From: Botryllus schlosseri
Taxonomy: Eukaryota
Assembly (NCBI GenBank): GCA_051294905.1
Contig: CM119372.1
Span: 28,522,001-28,586,000, forward strand
Length of the DNA stretch: 64,000 nucleotides
Direction: 5' to 3'
Of the stretch, positions 1 to 13,638 are shown one piece after another. Below the pieces are notes generated by a model. The model was not told the origin of the DNA and searched no databases. It worked only from the letters and a program-made list of their open reading frames with translations. A program made the position numbers and the translations under genes. How positions within the stretch are numbered: the stretch's first letter is position 1; each line of letters opens with the position of its first letter.

Positions 1-778
1 ATAACCGTCACTTTCTCTTTACCTAACATCAACACATTCATTAAGCATCATTTATTAACAATGTAATTTAGAAATGAAATTACATCATCATCGGCAAGCA
101 CTTGGCTGAGAAATGAAATTAAAACACGCTGGAAAATTTAGCTAAATTTTTTCATTCGGCCCGCCAACGTATTTTTTACTTCTCATTTGGACCGCGGAGG
201 AAAATAATTGTCCACCCCTGTTCTAATGCAACACCGACAATGCCAGAATTGAAGTTGTCAAGGTTAATGGCTACAAAGATATGAGGGCCACAATTGATTT
301 GATCATTTAATTGAACTTGACGAACATTACGTTTGGTCACTAATCCACGCCCTTACTATATGCTATGTAAAATCATTCTCATTTACCAGCAGGTACGAGT
401 ATAGAGTACGTAAATTGAATGTTAGGCTGAACGAAATTTTGACCAATGTTAGGGCACGGAAATCATGTTGAAGGTATATATGCGTAGCAGAATTTTACTA
501 GTAATTTGTGGAAAGCTAGGGGATAGAATCATTAGAAGTCGCGAAGAAGTTCAATCGGTATCACTTTTCTTATCGCCGACCTCACTGCAATTGCAGCGAC
601 TTAAAAAGCCCAGAAAGTATAATGAGCTTAAAAGTTGCAGCAAAGATCCGATGAATGATGAATGACTGATTCGTTGAAGAGGAAGTGTAAGAAAAGTCGC
701 CATTGAAAATGCATTGAACTGTCGAAATTGCCATTGTGGCATTGTCGTGGAGCGCAAAGCATAATAAGGCTATATAAG

Positions 779-1491
779 CAGGGCATGGTATGGTATGGTA
801 TGGCATTGAACGAAATTTCGGTATGGAATATGGAAAAATGCAAGTATGGTATGGTATGGAGATTTCCCATGGTATGTAATGCTTTTTCCATACTTCCATA
901 CTTTTTCCATACTTTGACAGTTTTGCCAGAATCATGACTTTGATCCTACTTTCGATTTGTCAAGTTGATTGCATACCTCAGAAAATCGCTCACTGTCTAT
1001 GGTTCCTATCTCGAATTGTGATTCATGACTCACCCACCCCGGACGATATTTATTTGAAGACAACAAAGTTGCGCATCGCGCATATGAAGGAAAATAATAT
1101 TAATAATAATTTTTCAATCTAAATATCATAAAAACGAATGATATTCGACCGCTGTCGTGTTACAACTTGCATTTCGATTGTCGTGACTTCCACTCCGTAA
1201 ACTACCAATGGAGTTGTAAAAACCGTAGACTCTGACAATGTAGAAGTTACACGAACATTTTGATCAATTTGTTGAACTTGTAAATAATTTTCTGCGCTTT
1301 GGTACGATTATCATCACGCAATGTCCATTTGACATAACCGCATTGTAATTCAACGAAGATTAACCGCATTGTAATTCAAAGAAGATTGCTAAGTATGGTA
1401 TGAAAAATTGCCAAGTATGGTATGGAGCGATTGGGGTGGGTATGGAGTATGGAAAATTTCCATTCCATTCCATACCATATACCATGCCCTG
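779..1491. mobile_element. Non-autonomous hAT-like MITE with (ATGGT)n subterminal repeats
   Basis: Ends CAGGGCATGGTATGG...CCATACCATATACCATGCCCTG are inverted. The flanking 8-mers TATATAAG and ACTATAAG form an imperfect TSD. Confidence 0.7.
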
Positions 1492-3369
1492 ACTATAAGC
1501 ACCACTGTCCTATACCTTATCAAAACCATACAATACAATCTGGTATCGCTGCGTTCATACAAATCCCGGTGGATTTCCAGCGGATTTGATTGTCGCTATT
1601 GTTCATTTTCTGGAGAATGCAGTGCAACCTGTACTCACTCTCCAATGTATGCATTTAATATCCTGTAATCGAATACCGCTATGGAACATGAGTAGGGCAT
1701 TGTGATGTGAGGCGTTTCATTTAGAACTGTGTTTTGTCTCATAGGATATGCTCTTACGAGTATCTATATTCTTCGGTGTGTAATTTTTACAATGCGTCGT
1801 TCAGTGCATTCATAATAAATTGATTTCAATACAGAATACCTTCCGGATTAGTAAAGCTGTGGTATAGAATAAAATCTGTAACGGATATGATATGAATCGT
1901 GACTAATGTATCATGATAAACGAAATTGTGGCGTTTTCCATTCACAAGATTTTTTTTCAAATCTTATAGGACGATTCCCATTAGGTTGTACAGTATCGTA
2001 GATGCGAGATCGCGGATGTCTTATTCAGAAATTATACGCTTACGGAGTACGCTTACGGCAACCTGGAAGCCTTTGAGGAGCCCAAAATTTTCTCAGAGTC
2101 ACAAGAACTAAAATCGACTACATTACACATCTAACTACAGTCTACACATACTATGGGTTACTGGTGGACAAAATGAACTGTGTATCAAGAGTGTTAAATG
2201 AACAAAACCCCTAAAGTAGATTTTCCCACTAAACGAAAACATTATAACGAACAGTTATTGAGAATCAGTGTAACTACCTAATCCTGATTATAAATATTGC
2301 ACATAGAATCGGCATCTCGGAAAGACGGACTTTTGATTTCGAAGCCTAACCTTTCGTGAGTATATGCCATTTAACACAGCGTATCATCACAACATTCCCA
2401 GGTCAACTATGGACCGCGCCTAATTGCCTGCAGCCAATGATGTACAAGCGAGGCGCGTTATCACTTGTCATATGTATAGAGTTGCGTGTGTCTTAGCCTC
2501 CTCGGTTCCATGAGACTAGCTCAAGGAAAACTGTGAATTATTCTACAAGGAAATATAATATTATTTTGATGTTTAACATTGGCTACCCCAATGGAGGTTC
2601 GACAATAACAATTAGAAATGCTTTTACACTCGGTGTTCTTCCTGGAAATAGCACTGCGGAGACGACCACGGTGGAATAGCAACATTAGGGTCGGACTAAA
2701 ATTAAGACCGACGTATATGCCACTGAGGCCGAATCAATGCACGCCTTTACACATTATGCGCAAAAACGAACAATGTAACCTACTTTATATTCCAGTGTCG
2801 TGGTAATTTTTCAGTAAAAATATCATTCTATCTGCCAAATAAATACATTACAATTCCGCCGTTGTCACAAAAACCACCATGCATTAATTTAGGCGCTGTG
2901 CACTAAAAGTCAGTTTATTGAAGCGTGTCCTACAGGTCCGAGTTTACCAATAAATTTGTACCAATTTATTGTCTTTATTCCATTCGAAGGATTGGAATAA
3001 GTCGTTACAAAGTATCATTGAGACGTGACGGTGGTGATTCATAAATTATTCGTCAAGTCAATATCTTATAAGAGAGAGGTTGTAAACTTCAGTCATCAAT
3101 TTCGTTTGAACCGTGGTACAAAATTACATTATTGTGTCTCGAATATCTAGCTGAAAAGTTGGTTACGAGGGTTGAATAGGAATGATGTAATGCACTACAT
3201 TACTTTCACTGTACGCGGCCATACGACCGTACCGGTACATCACGTGCTGCCATGTTAAGAGTCCCCCTGTTATATGCACTAGCTCAGATGGAATGCCTGT
3301 TGATCCATAGAGTAGTATCGTATGCACATTCTGACCAATGGTGCAGAACCCGATGTGCATCATTCGGGT

Positions 3370-4078
3370 CACGAAATAACAAATAACATCGTGTAACGAA
3401 GTCGTACCAACGGGTCCGCCCGTCCGAATATGTTTAATTATTATTTTCGGGCCCTACAGTTTCCAAGACACATCACTCAGCTCTACCCGTAAATCTCATT
3501 ACGTGAGCAGAGAGGACAAGTAACCATCTTATTGATCTATTTTATTTTGAATTTTCGAAAATTTTCGCGCTCCGCGCTGGCTCACTAAACGGGGAGCCTG
3601 ATTTCGTGGCAGAAGCGAACAACGGCACGGGGGGTCGGTTTATGACCCTATGGAAGCTCAAGACCCAAGTGTTCTGGGGGGCCTGACGAAGTGCTGTTTC
3701 GTTCCTGCCACCGGGTATACGGCCGAAGATGTTTAATTATTATATTGAGCGGTCCTACCTTTTCAAAGACAACTCACTCGGCTCAACCGGTCAATCTGAT
3801 TACGTGAGCAGAGAGAGGATAAAAATTGAAACCAATATATATGCAATTCTCGATTATATTGACCGATTCAATCATGAATTCTATAAATTTTTCGCGCTTC
3901 GCGCGACTTGTCGAGAGAAGCTGCCTGAAACGGACACCGATTTAGATCATGAATTGCGGTGAACAACCATCTAGCCTGAGGGGGTCTGGGGGCTTCGAGA
4001 TTCGGTTTATCACCCTATGGGGGGCCCAAGAGAAACGTTTTTTGGGGGGGGGGCTGACGAAGTGCTGTTACGGCCCTG
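3370..4078 (+). repeat. Partial copy (right part) of the hAT-like family at 13639-14957
   Basis: Colinear similarity to ~14245-14957, including the terminal CTGACGAAGTGCTGTTACGGCCCTG. Confidence 0.7.
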
Positions 4079-7000
4079 AGTATTGATAACTAATTTACGG
4101 ATAGATGTGCAACAAGTGACTCACGATTGAATACGCCGAGATGCGTACTGATAAGCCGACAGAAAGCAGCATAATTGGTAGTCCTATAGCTCGCGACCCA
4201 AGCGTCCGAATAATTTGATATGTCGGTGTTTATCGAAAGCAAGTGTCGCACTGATTCCTAAAATACGAATTGAAATCTCGCCAGAGCAATAAAACTACTC
4301 CGAAATAGCCAGCAAAGGTTGATTGTTCTGAACAACGGGAGCGCGGCAACACAATGGCCAATGGCGTCAATCGAATGATCGGAACAATTCCAATTTTCAT
4401 ATTTTGGTGACTATTTTGGGTTCCTTTCATTGCCCTGGTATTCGTGCGGCCCCGGTCGTACTCTGAAATTCTAAATTTGGCCCTGCCATCGAAAAAGGTT
4501 GGGAACCACTGGCATAGAGGCTTGTCGAAATTCTAGTTTCAGATAGTTTCATGGCATGGAAGGTTAAGACTGTTGATAAGAAAAATATGAAATTCGAACT
4601 ATATATAGAGTAACAAGTATATGATTAAGACGTAAATCACGCGCAGTGCGAAAAAAATTCGGTCGACCGCTGCTTCGCGCCCGCCTTCTGATGCTTCCAC
4701 GCCCCCCCAGTTTGAGAACCACTGCGCCGGAGATTTCTTCGAATTTTTGAAATTATGTGCAAAAATAATTCTAATCTATAGCAAACGCTCAATAATCTAA
4801 ATCGGGCTCGATGTGAAGTTTGTACATTTGACAAATCAAAATTGCTCTCATGCCCGCAATCAATATCCCCCGCTATTCGCTTTACCCGACATATTGCGTG
4901 CCTTGCAGGCTAAATTCGGTTTTGCACAATACGTATATTGATCGCAGAGAAGAGCAGTGATGGAGATGCCTGTGTGACAATGCAGTTTTCAAATCCTCGT
5001 TGTCTTCCTAATCACAAGCGAGAAATGAACTCCTTAAGAAGTCATGATCATGTTCACGTTTACAAGTTCAAATTACAAACATACTCATCCAGGCATCCAC
5101 ATTGCGATTGTTACGTATCGTGCCGGCACCGCCGGTAAAATGTAGGCTCGGGGCGCAACGTTACGTTACAGGCGACGAATTTGAGAATTGAGAAGTAAAA
5201 TTTATTAATTCATATCAGTTAACAAATTTCCCCGCCTGTTGAGGGTATTATCCCGGTTTGTTGTAACTATAATTGAAATGCGGGTGGCTCTACCAGTAGC
5301 ACTATTGAGGTATTACTATCCTCACACGTGATATTACACGATATGCGTGGAAATGCTTTCGGCATTCTAGTATACGCCTCTACGCCTCCGTATTTGTTAG
5401 TGGCGATCGTGATTGGCCTCTTTGACGCGACGGTTAATTACATCGACAATGTGGTTGTGTGCAGACTTTAATGTCAAGCAAATCTTTGGAAATTAAGCGC
5501 AGCCCGAAGTTTAAACGAGATCGCAGCAGGCAAGTTATGTGGTAGCATGAGGTAATTGCTGAAAATTCAAAACCTCACACGGAAGCGGAGAAAGTTCTTC
5601 ATACGGCCTGCACTAAAATTTTGACAAAATGTCTGGGACCAAAGCTGAGGAAGAATTGAAAACGATGATACCGGTCGTAGACGTATTTGTGACATGTCCG
5701 CAGAGATAAAAGATGCCCTCATTTCTTTGAAGCAGAGCAAAGCTTACTTGACTACTCCGAAAAGGTAGAAGTACTTCGATCAGAGACGATCTCTGTACGA
5801 CTGTGGTTGCTGCTAAATATTCTGTTAGTTTGCCGGTGCTGTAGGCCAAAAAAAAGCTTAGAACTACTGTGCTAGTGTGCCGCGAACTATTTTTCACTTT
5901 CAAAGGTCGCAACGAGGTGAAAAGGGTTAATAACCACTGTACCAAACTATACACGAAATTCACCTCGCGTGATAAGTGAAAGCAAATTGATCTGCGATAG
6001 ATATGGGATCAAAAATATTTAGTAATATTTGATCCTGCTACAGCCTACTCTCGCACAGCATTAAACCCACAAATTTGAACCATGTATCTTCAGGAAACCA
6101 ACATTGACAGACAAACTCTTACGCTAGAATTCATTTACCTAGACCAGACCTGGGCAAAGTGTGACCCGCGGGCCAAATGCGACCCGTGAAGCTATTCTGT
6201 GTTGCCCACCAACGTATTTTCTACTTCTCATTCGGCCCACCGAGGAAAATAATTGCCACCCCTGACCTAGACGAAGAAAAATAAACCTCATGGGCACCGT
6301 ACGGATAACATACGGAATTTAGAGCTTGACGGCATCCGCAATATCTTACTTGAATATGTCGCTGCATCGAGAGAAAATACCGCAATTCAAATAAAAAAAA
6401 GTCAACAGAGCCTACCGAACGAACAACTAAAGACGTCTTTATCCATCTATCATGGATTCGTCCTATTTCCACCTGCTTCCAAAAGCAATTGATTTCTGCG
6501 CTCAGTGAGTGTTACGACACAGTTAAAACTATCATGATATATTCTGTTTGCGCGAAAAATTATCGAGATGACAGGTTTCGCGTCGTCAGGAAAAGGAGAA
6601 GCCGTTCGCACTTTCATATGTATGACTTGAAGTCGGTTTTTATCAAAACACGCCAACATAGTTTGTGCCAACAGCAGTACTTCGTGTACCAAGTGAAAGT
6701 AGTACACTGAAGTAAAGCGATCACTTCATATTTCGAAATTTTATGCTTATGACGTCATATTGGGTGATACAGTTTTTGATAAATAATGTTCTTCCAATTA
6801 TCTACTAGTTGCTAACAATTACCCCCGATGTGTGTCAGCCCAAAATACCCCGCTTTATTACAATATTAATATACTATTGAATTCCGTATTGTACAACGAA
6901 GTGTCTTGGTTACTTAGATACAACGCAATAATCGTTATCCGCCTACTGTTAAACAAGCTCCTAAAATCCGGTTGGCAAAATAATACAAAAGCCCTATTGT

Positions 7001-7581
7001 CTACTTCGTTTTTAATGTAATGACTAACATATGGAATCTAATGGTACATATTTCCTTAATATTAGAATATAAGGCGGCATCTTACAACGAATTTCACTCG
7101 TCTGTTTTATTCGACTGCTGTGTATGGTAAAAAATGTGCGCAGTAGCAATGTGTGTAATAGCAATAGTTTGAATAAAGGTTTGGCTATGTGATACATAGC
7201 TGAACTGAGTATTCAATGATAACTCAATAATTTGTGGTAGACGTTCGTTTTATATTCTTTCAATAATCTCAGAAGCTGTCGTTGTACTCAGTCACTCGGT
7301 TTGAAGTGGCATGCAGATATTTCTACTTATACTTCAAACTTGTCCAAATGCTAAATTCGTCATTAGTCGATGTTCATGTTCTTCAAGTTTATCGGTCATC
7401 AACATAGTTTACTGTCAGCATTTCTTATGGAGTGGACTATGCCGGCCCTATACATTTCACCTGCACGGTGTACATACACGACAGTGTCAATTATCTCATT
7501 TATCCCTCTATCTCCAAGACAACTCCATTGTTTTATCACGCATACAGATAGGAGATTTGAATTTGAAAAATAACTGACGAT

Positions 7582-8795
7582 ATGAGGGGACTAGTACTTG
7601 CAACTTTTCTGGTGCTGGCTATGGTGACATCGAGCCATGCATGGTTTCATGTTCACTTTCATATTGGGTAAGATTTATCAATATACATATCTTCTATCAT
7701 AATTGATCTTTGGAAACGCCTCGCACATTGCTCCAAACGCCTATTCCATTCCATATAACAGATTTATGACATCATCAATATTGGTCGGTCGTTTAAATTC
7801 ACTAATAAGCGACCCTCACGTTCCGACATAACCCATATGCGATTGCAAGATCGAGCGGAAGTTGAAAGCAAAATGAATAGGCGCTGTGTGACGCTTTATT
7901 TACTCCGTTTCGTTATAAGGCCGGAAACGATTGACCTGACTCCCCGCACTTACGATCTTAATTCTTATTATGACACTATTACTTCAATCGAGTCGCAGTG
8001 ATTCGTGACATTGGCAAAATACTTTTCCATTTTCCATAGGTGCTATTAATGTCCACTTAATTTACTAGGGTTAATGTTTGCTTACTTTGCAGGGATGAAG
8101 CGGGAGAGCCTGGCGAACATGAAAAGCCGGAGGAGCACGAGGGTGAGAGGCATGAAGATGTTCATTTTCACTGGCGTCCTGCGAGTAGGAGGTAAGATTC
8201 AACGATATATAAATATGTGAATTGTACCATTGTACAAAGATTGTATCGGTCGAAACATCTCGTACATTACCTTAGATGCCTCATCTATTCCTCGCACCAG
8301 ATATAGTCACCGTCAATATGATTTGGTATAGGTCACTGACGACCAACCGAGGGATCGTCGGCGCATTCTGGTAAACCAGAAGTTGAAACTAAAATCAGAG
8401 GGAGCTCTGTGACATGTTATTTGCCTTGTTCTGTTATCAGACTGGAAGAGATTGTGCTACATCGTCTTAGAAACTCATAATTTTCATCATTGAGGCATTA
8501 TCATATTAAAGGCACGCGAGTTTCGGGACATTGGCTTAATACTTTTGCGCATTCCAGATGTCAATGTGTCCACCTAATTTACGAGGATCACTGTTTGCTT
8601 ACTTTGTAGAGACGAAGAGGGAAAGCACGAGGAGCACGAACATGAGAGGCATGAAGATATTTCAGGTATTATTCCATATTGTTCCTAAAGATAATGCAAA
8701 TCCATCATTTTCGCTATATCCTATTCACAGCCATGCTGAGGGATATCATCCAGCAACATCGTAACGACGGGAATGCGGCAAACTCCTTTCAGTAG
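7582..8795 (+). CDS. Secreted His-rich peptide precursor, plicatamide-like, 101 aa; exons 7582-7667, 8093-8191, 8610-8665, 8731-8795
   Basis: Manual splicing gives GT-AG introns (GTAAGA, GTAAGA, GTATTA donors; TTTGCAG, TTTGTAG, TTCACAG acceptors) in phases 2,2,1 and an open frame: MRGLVLATFLVLAMVTSSHA-WFHVHFHIG-DEAGEPGEHEKPEEHEGERHEDVHFHWRPASRR-DEEGKHEEHEHERHEDISAMLRDIIQQHRNDGNAANSFQ*. It has a hydrophobic signal peptide ending S-H-A. The last exon is the least certain. Confidence 0.8.
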
Positions 8796-8953
8796 GAAGA
8801 ATGCAGTCTTGATTTAATATCTCAAACCGGCGCAATCATCGGATGTGATTAAGAATAGAAAAAATACATCATGTAATTCAAAGCAACGTGATATATTTGC
8901 TTCGTACCTTCGGGTGTTCTATGAAGGACTGAAATAGTTCTGAAATGGGTTAT

Positions 8954-8956
<3 letters not shown>

Positions 8957-8984
<28 letters not shown>
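8957..8984. repeat. (AG)n microsatellite
   Basis: Perfect dinucleotide run. Confidence 0.95.
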
Positions 8985-8988
<4 letters not shown>

Positions 8989-9150
8989 TATTTATTTTTA
9001 TTCAACCGAAATACCCAACAAACTGGCAGCAATAACAGTGGTACAGAAAATAGGCACGTACTGGATACGGTACTAAATAGGAATGGTCGATCCGACCTTT
9101 CATATAAACTATATAGTCTGATCCCACCCGCCTCAAACATGCCTCTACAC

Positions 9151-10229
9151 CAGGGGTGAGCAAACTACGGCCCTACACCGTTCTGTGCGGCCCGCGAGAG
9201 TCTAAAGAAAGTTTTTTTAAATATTGATAAAATGCAGTGGTTCTCAAATTTGGAAGCGTAAAAGCATCAGAAGTGGGCGCGAAGCTGAGCTCAACTGAAA
9301 AAAATGTTCGCGCTCCGCGCGATTTACCAACAATTTCATGATTCTTGCTCTGTATTTAGTTTGAATTTCACATTTAAAAATCTCTCATCCATAGTCGTAA
9401 CCTTCCATGCTATCAAACTATCCGTTAGGTTTGCTAGCAACCTTGTTGCGTCTTGTGATATGGTGGTGAGGGGTCGCGAAATCTTTCATCATTATAAGGG
9501 GGAGGGGGCGTATCTTAATAAGTTTGAGAACCACTGTTGTAAGGTAAATACTTCCTATATTATTTTTGATGTTTAATTTCTGGCGTGACAGCTTGAACTC
9601 AAGGCCCACACAGTTTGAAAGGTTTCAACTGCTAAACATCACAGATATCCTAAACGAGATTGACATAATTCGGATCACGAGTAGAATTTCAGATTGGCCA
9701 CTCCAGTTTTATTTATTTTAGTGATGTGCTTATAAAAAACGATTCGCACGTATCTTAGGTAGATTCGTTCTCTGTATGCGTAGAATTGGGGCATTTATAT
9801 TTTATCTACACATAGTAAAAGCGTGTTTGAAGCTACTATGGTTATGATTCTGTGAGCATTGTGTGTCCTGGAACTGAACCAAAAGAGAAATTAGTAAATC
9901 TATGAACAGATCGCTGCTCACAGATTTAAATTTCAATCCTGTTCTAAGAATCGGGACAACCGACTTTCATCTCTATAGTTTTGACAAATTGGTTATTGAG
10001 CTCGACCAGACTATGAAATCTCGCCACTCTCTTTCTGACGCGTGTACGATATCACCAAAGCAATGATTGGTTTGTTTCAAATAAGCACATATATTATCTC
10101 CATGTCCTCACTATATAATCAAATACCAATATTGCGTTTTGGTTTATAGTCCCATTTTATATAGTGCGGCCCGCGAATGGATTCAGATGTTGAATGCGGC
10201 CCGCGAGCTTAAAAGTTTGCCCATCCCTG
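9151..10229. mobile_element. Non-autonomous hAT-like element containing a nested CAGTGGTTCTCAAA MITE (~9235-9536)
   Basis: TIRs CAGGGGTGAGCAAACT / AGTTTGCCCATCCCTG; TSD CTCTACAC / TTCTACAC (7/8). Confidence 0.7.
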
Positions 10230-11260
10230 TTCTACACAGACAATTTTGACCATCAGGTTGGAGTACAGCAGTACAGGCTCGGATTCACATACAAGCAAGG
10301 CTGTAGAGTCGCTAGATTTTACTACCGACTCCAAAATCTGACTCCGACTCCAGGCGTTTTCATTATACCGAATCCAACTCCGACTCCACGTCCACACATA
10401 TTCATATACCGACTCTGATTCCGGCTCTGACTCCGACTAGTTTTTCAAGATAACTCCGACTCTGACCCGACTCCAACGGTATTACCAATTTACTTCAAAA
10501 ATTAGATGTCCCAGTGACGGTTAAATGACTATCAATAACCATTAGGCATGTGTAAACATCTGATTAACGATGGCATACAAAGTTGTTTCATTGTGACACA
10601 AAAGTATTCTTTATGCAATTAACATGGAAGAATGCCTTTCGAAATATCCTTCCTTTTTCATGTTTTATAGCATGGACTCTCTAATGCCCTTATCTGTATG
10701 AATCATTCAACGATGACATAGATCCAATCCTGTATCAATAAAATGTAGATAAAACAATCTTGGTGTAGCTCTTGTGTATGAGTCGGCAACTAATACGGCA
10801 TGTAACTTACTAATTTTCTCATTACACACTATACTGATTACAAGCACACACACTCTCGCTACTAGTAAACATTCGTCAGAAACGAAATTTGGGAAGTAGT
10901 CAAATAGCTTATGTCTATCTACATGTACTTAGTCAAGTATTCAAGGAATAGGACTTGCAGTCTTTCTTAGTCATTTGTTCGACCCAAGCAACTGAACTAC
11001 ACTACAGATATTTTTAATTTTGTCCAGTGGGAAGCAGCGTAGGGTGTGTGGTCACTGGTCATGGACATTGAAGATGTTCGACATTTGCTGTCTTGAGGGA
11101 TTATTTAATGGAAGTATCAAGTATAAAAAAAACTTGAACATTTGTTACACATCTGCCAGATAATATAAACATTCCGTAATTTCCTCAGAATTGTGTCGCG
11201 AGCCGGATGCGGCCCGCGAGCCACATGTTTGATACAACTGGTGTACTGTACACTGTACAG

Positions 11261-13153
11261 TAGGGTTGTTCAGATTTGAAAAATTGTCCGGAAACTGCGT
11301 TCGCCGTATTCCAAATGATAGTTTAGTATATAAAAACACTTTTATACGCGATTTTGGTCATCTTCATCCTGACCTTCCTTCCCCTCACAGCCCCCAAAGA
11401 TCCACTGGGCAATTCTCCTTCCTATACGTGGTATGTATGGTTGACTATGTCACCGGTTTATTGCTTTGTGACGTTATCAGATGAAAACGGCAGTTTGGAG
11501 ATAGGATTTTGCAATAAAATAAATATGTTTTTAAAATTGTACTTAAATGCAGTCCTATAGAGGCCACATGCATCTCAGTTTTGCTCTGCACAACCTGTCT
11601 ATCATGTGAATGGGAAGCATGTCTTGGTTGCACGGTAGACAATAGACATCGACTTGTTTTGAATCGTACATTGAAGAAGCGCCGTTGGGTTGCAAGTCGA
11701 GAACAAATGCAGATATTTTCTGCTAGTTTTCAGCCTGAAGATATTATATACTGGTATTTAATGTCAGTAATACTTTTCTGAACTTTAAATAATCTGTAAA
11801 ATTCCGAGTTATCTTGTTTTATGGTAGACTGCAATTAGGTTGAAGAAGATTGTGTGAAACAAAGCGGAGAAGGGTTTTTCTGGACCCATCCTGAACAAGA
11901 TTCAAGTCTGCTCACTATTTGGTCTGATATTCTGGTCCCTATTTGGTCGGATATTCATCTGAACGTATTAGTCACTCCAAGGCACCTACTCTAGATCAGG
12001 TTCTACAGTATTTGCTATATCTAAAAGAAAATTGCCATAAGACTGCCACAACGCAGGTCTGTGTTCTTCTAAGTTGGAAGTTAGTTTAGGTTGCCAAAGT
12101 ATAGATTAGAACAAGAATACCTATAAGGCAAGCGCAGAACATTGTGTAGATGCATTGTTTCACACATTCTTCAACTAAATTGCAGTCTACTATGGCGCGC
12201 TTCGGCACGCTGTCTGAGTATATAGACTACGTCGCGTTCCCTATAGGGTCCGCAACAGCGAGTCGGCGGGTACGTTGGCTAGCACTTTATTGTAGGACAG
12301 AAAACATCAGCGGACTGACGGTAAAACATCGGATAAGATAAACAGCGTTGGTCGTACAGCGACGGTCGATCGTCAGATAAAAAGGCGGCGGCACTCGTCA
12401 TGTAAAAAGGCGGCAGCAATTTTCAGGTAAAAAGGCGGCAGCACTTGTCAGGTAAAAAGGCGGCATGTATCTAACGAAGGTCTTCTTTAAATAATCAAAA
12501 TCCAGACAGATTCGCGCACAACGATCAGCAATGATGGGTAATTGATGATCCGACGTCGAGAGGGTATGTGCAGTACACCAATCCACCATACTACAATAAA
12601 ATAAGATAACTCGGTATTTTACCTATGATTTGAAGTTTGGAAAAGTATTACTGACATTACATACCTTTAAATAATATCTTCTGGCTGAAAACTAGCAGGA
12701 AATATTCGCATTTGTTCTCGAATTGCAACCCAACGGATCTTCTTCAATGTACGATTCAAAACAATTCGATGTCTACCATGCAACCAATACATGCTTCCCA
12801 TGAACATAATAGACAGGTTGTGCAGAGCAAAATGGAGATGCAAATGGCCTTAATAGGACTGCATTTAAGTACTGTACAATCTTGAAAACATATATATTTC
12901 ATTGCAAAATCTCATCTCCACGCGGCCGTTTTCAACTGATAACGTCACAAAGCAATAAACCTGTGACATGGTCAACACTGCAGATCCAGTATTTAGGAGA
13001 ATTGCCCCGTGGATCTTTGTGGACTTTGAGTTGAAGGAAGATCAAGATGAAGATGACCAAAATCGCGTAGAAAAGTGTTTTTATATAGTAAACTATCATT
13101 TGGAATACGGCGAACGAAGTTTCCGGACAATTTTTCAAATCTGAACAACCCTA
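11261..13153. mobile_element. Foldback-like non-autonomous element with ~570-bp imperfect TIRs and an 8-bp TSD
   Basis: 11261-~11830 is the reverse complement of ~12590-13153 (TAGGGTTGTTCAGATTTGAAAAATTGTCCGGAAACT...). Perfect TSD CTGTACAG at 11253-11260 and 13154-13161. Confidence 0.85.
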
Positions 13154-13638
13154 CTGTACAGCATTAAAGCACTGACTGGGCATTTAAATACCGGTACTGC
13201 GTTCGTTAATATCAAGAAGTCATACACTCGAATTCAATCTGGGGTGATTATTCAAGTGTAACTGCAGCAAGAGCTATATGAGCGCGTGTTGCGACCTTAT
13301 CATTACACATCCGCTTCCTACTAAACACCCAACGGTTTGAATATTCGATATTGGTGCGCTCGTTGCCAATCCGTCCGGTGTCGATCAAGTTTACTGGAAT
13401 AAAGAAGGTTCCCCACCAAGCAGGGTTGTAATGACTCGAGTCACGGTTTTCTGATGACTCGACTTGACTCGAGTCATTTTCTCAAAATAAGGAAATGACT
13501 CGACTCGACTCGAGTCAATATGTGTATTGACTAGACTTGGGCCCGAGTCATTACACATGACTCGAACCAAGTCATATGATTCGAGACTCAGACGGCGATT
13601 ACGTTTCATTGTAATTTCGAAGAGTAGTAAATTACAAG

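Noticed and set aside
8558..8764. 68-aa ORF in the supplied track
   Set aside because: It reads through intronic sequence and crosses exons 3 and 4 out of frame; the spliced model explains the region better.
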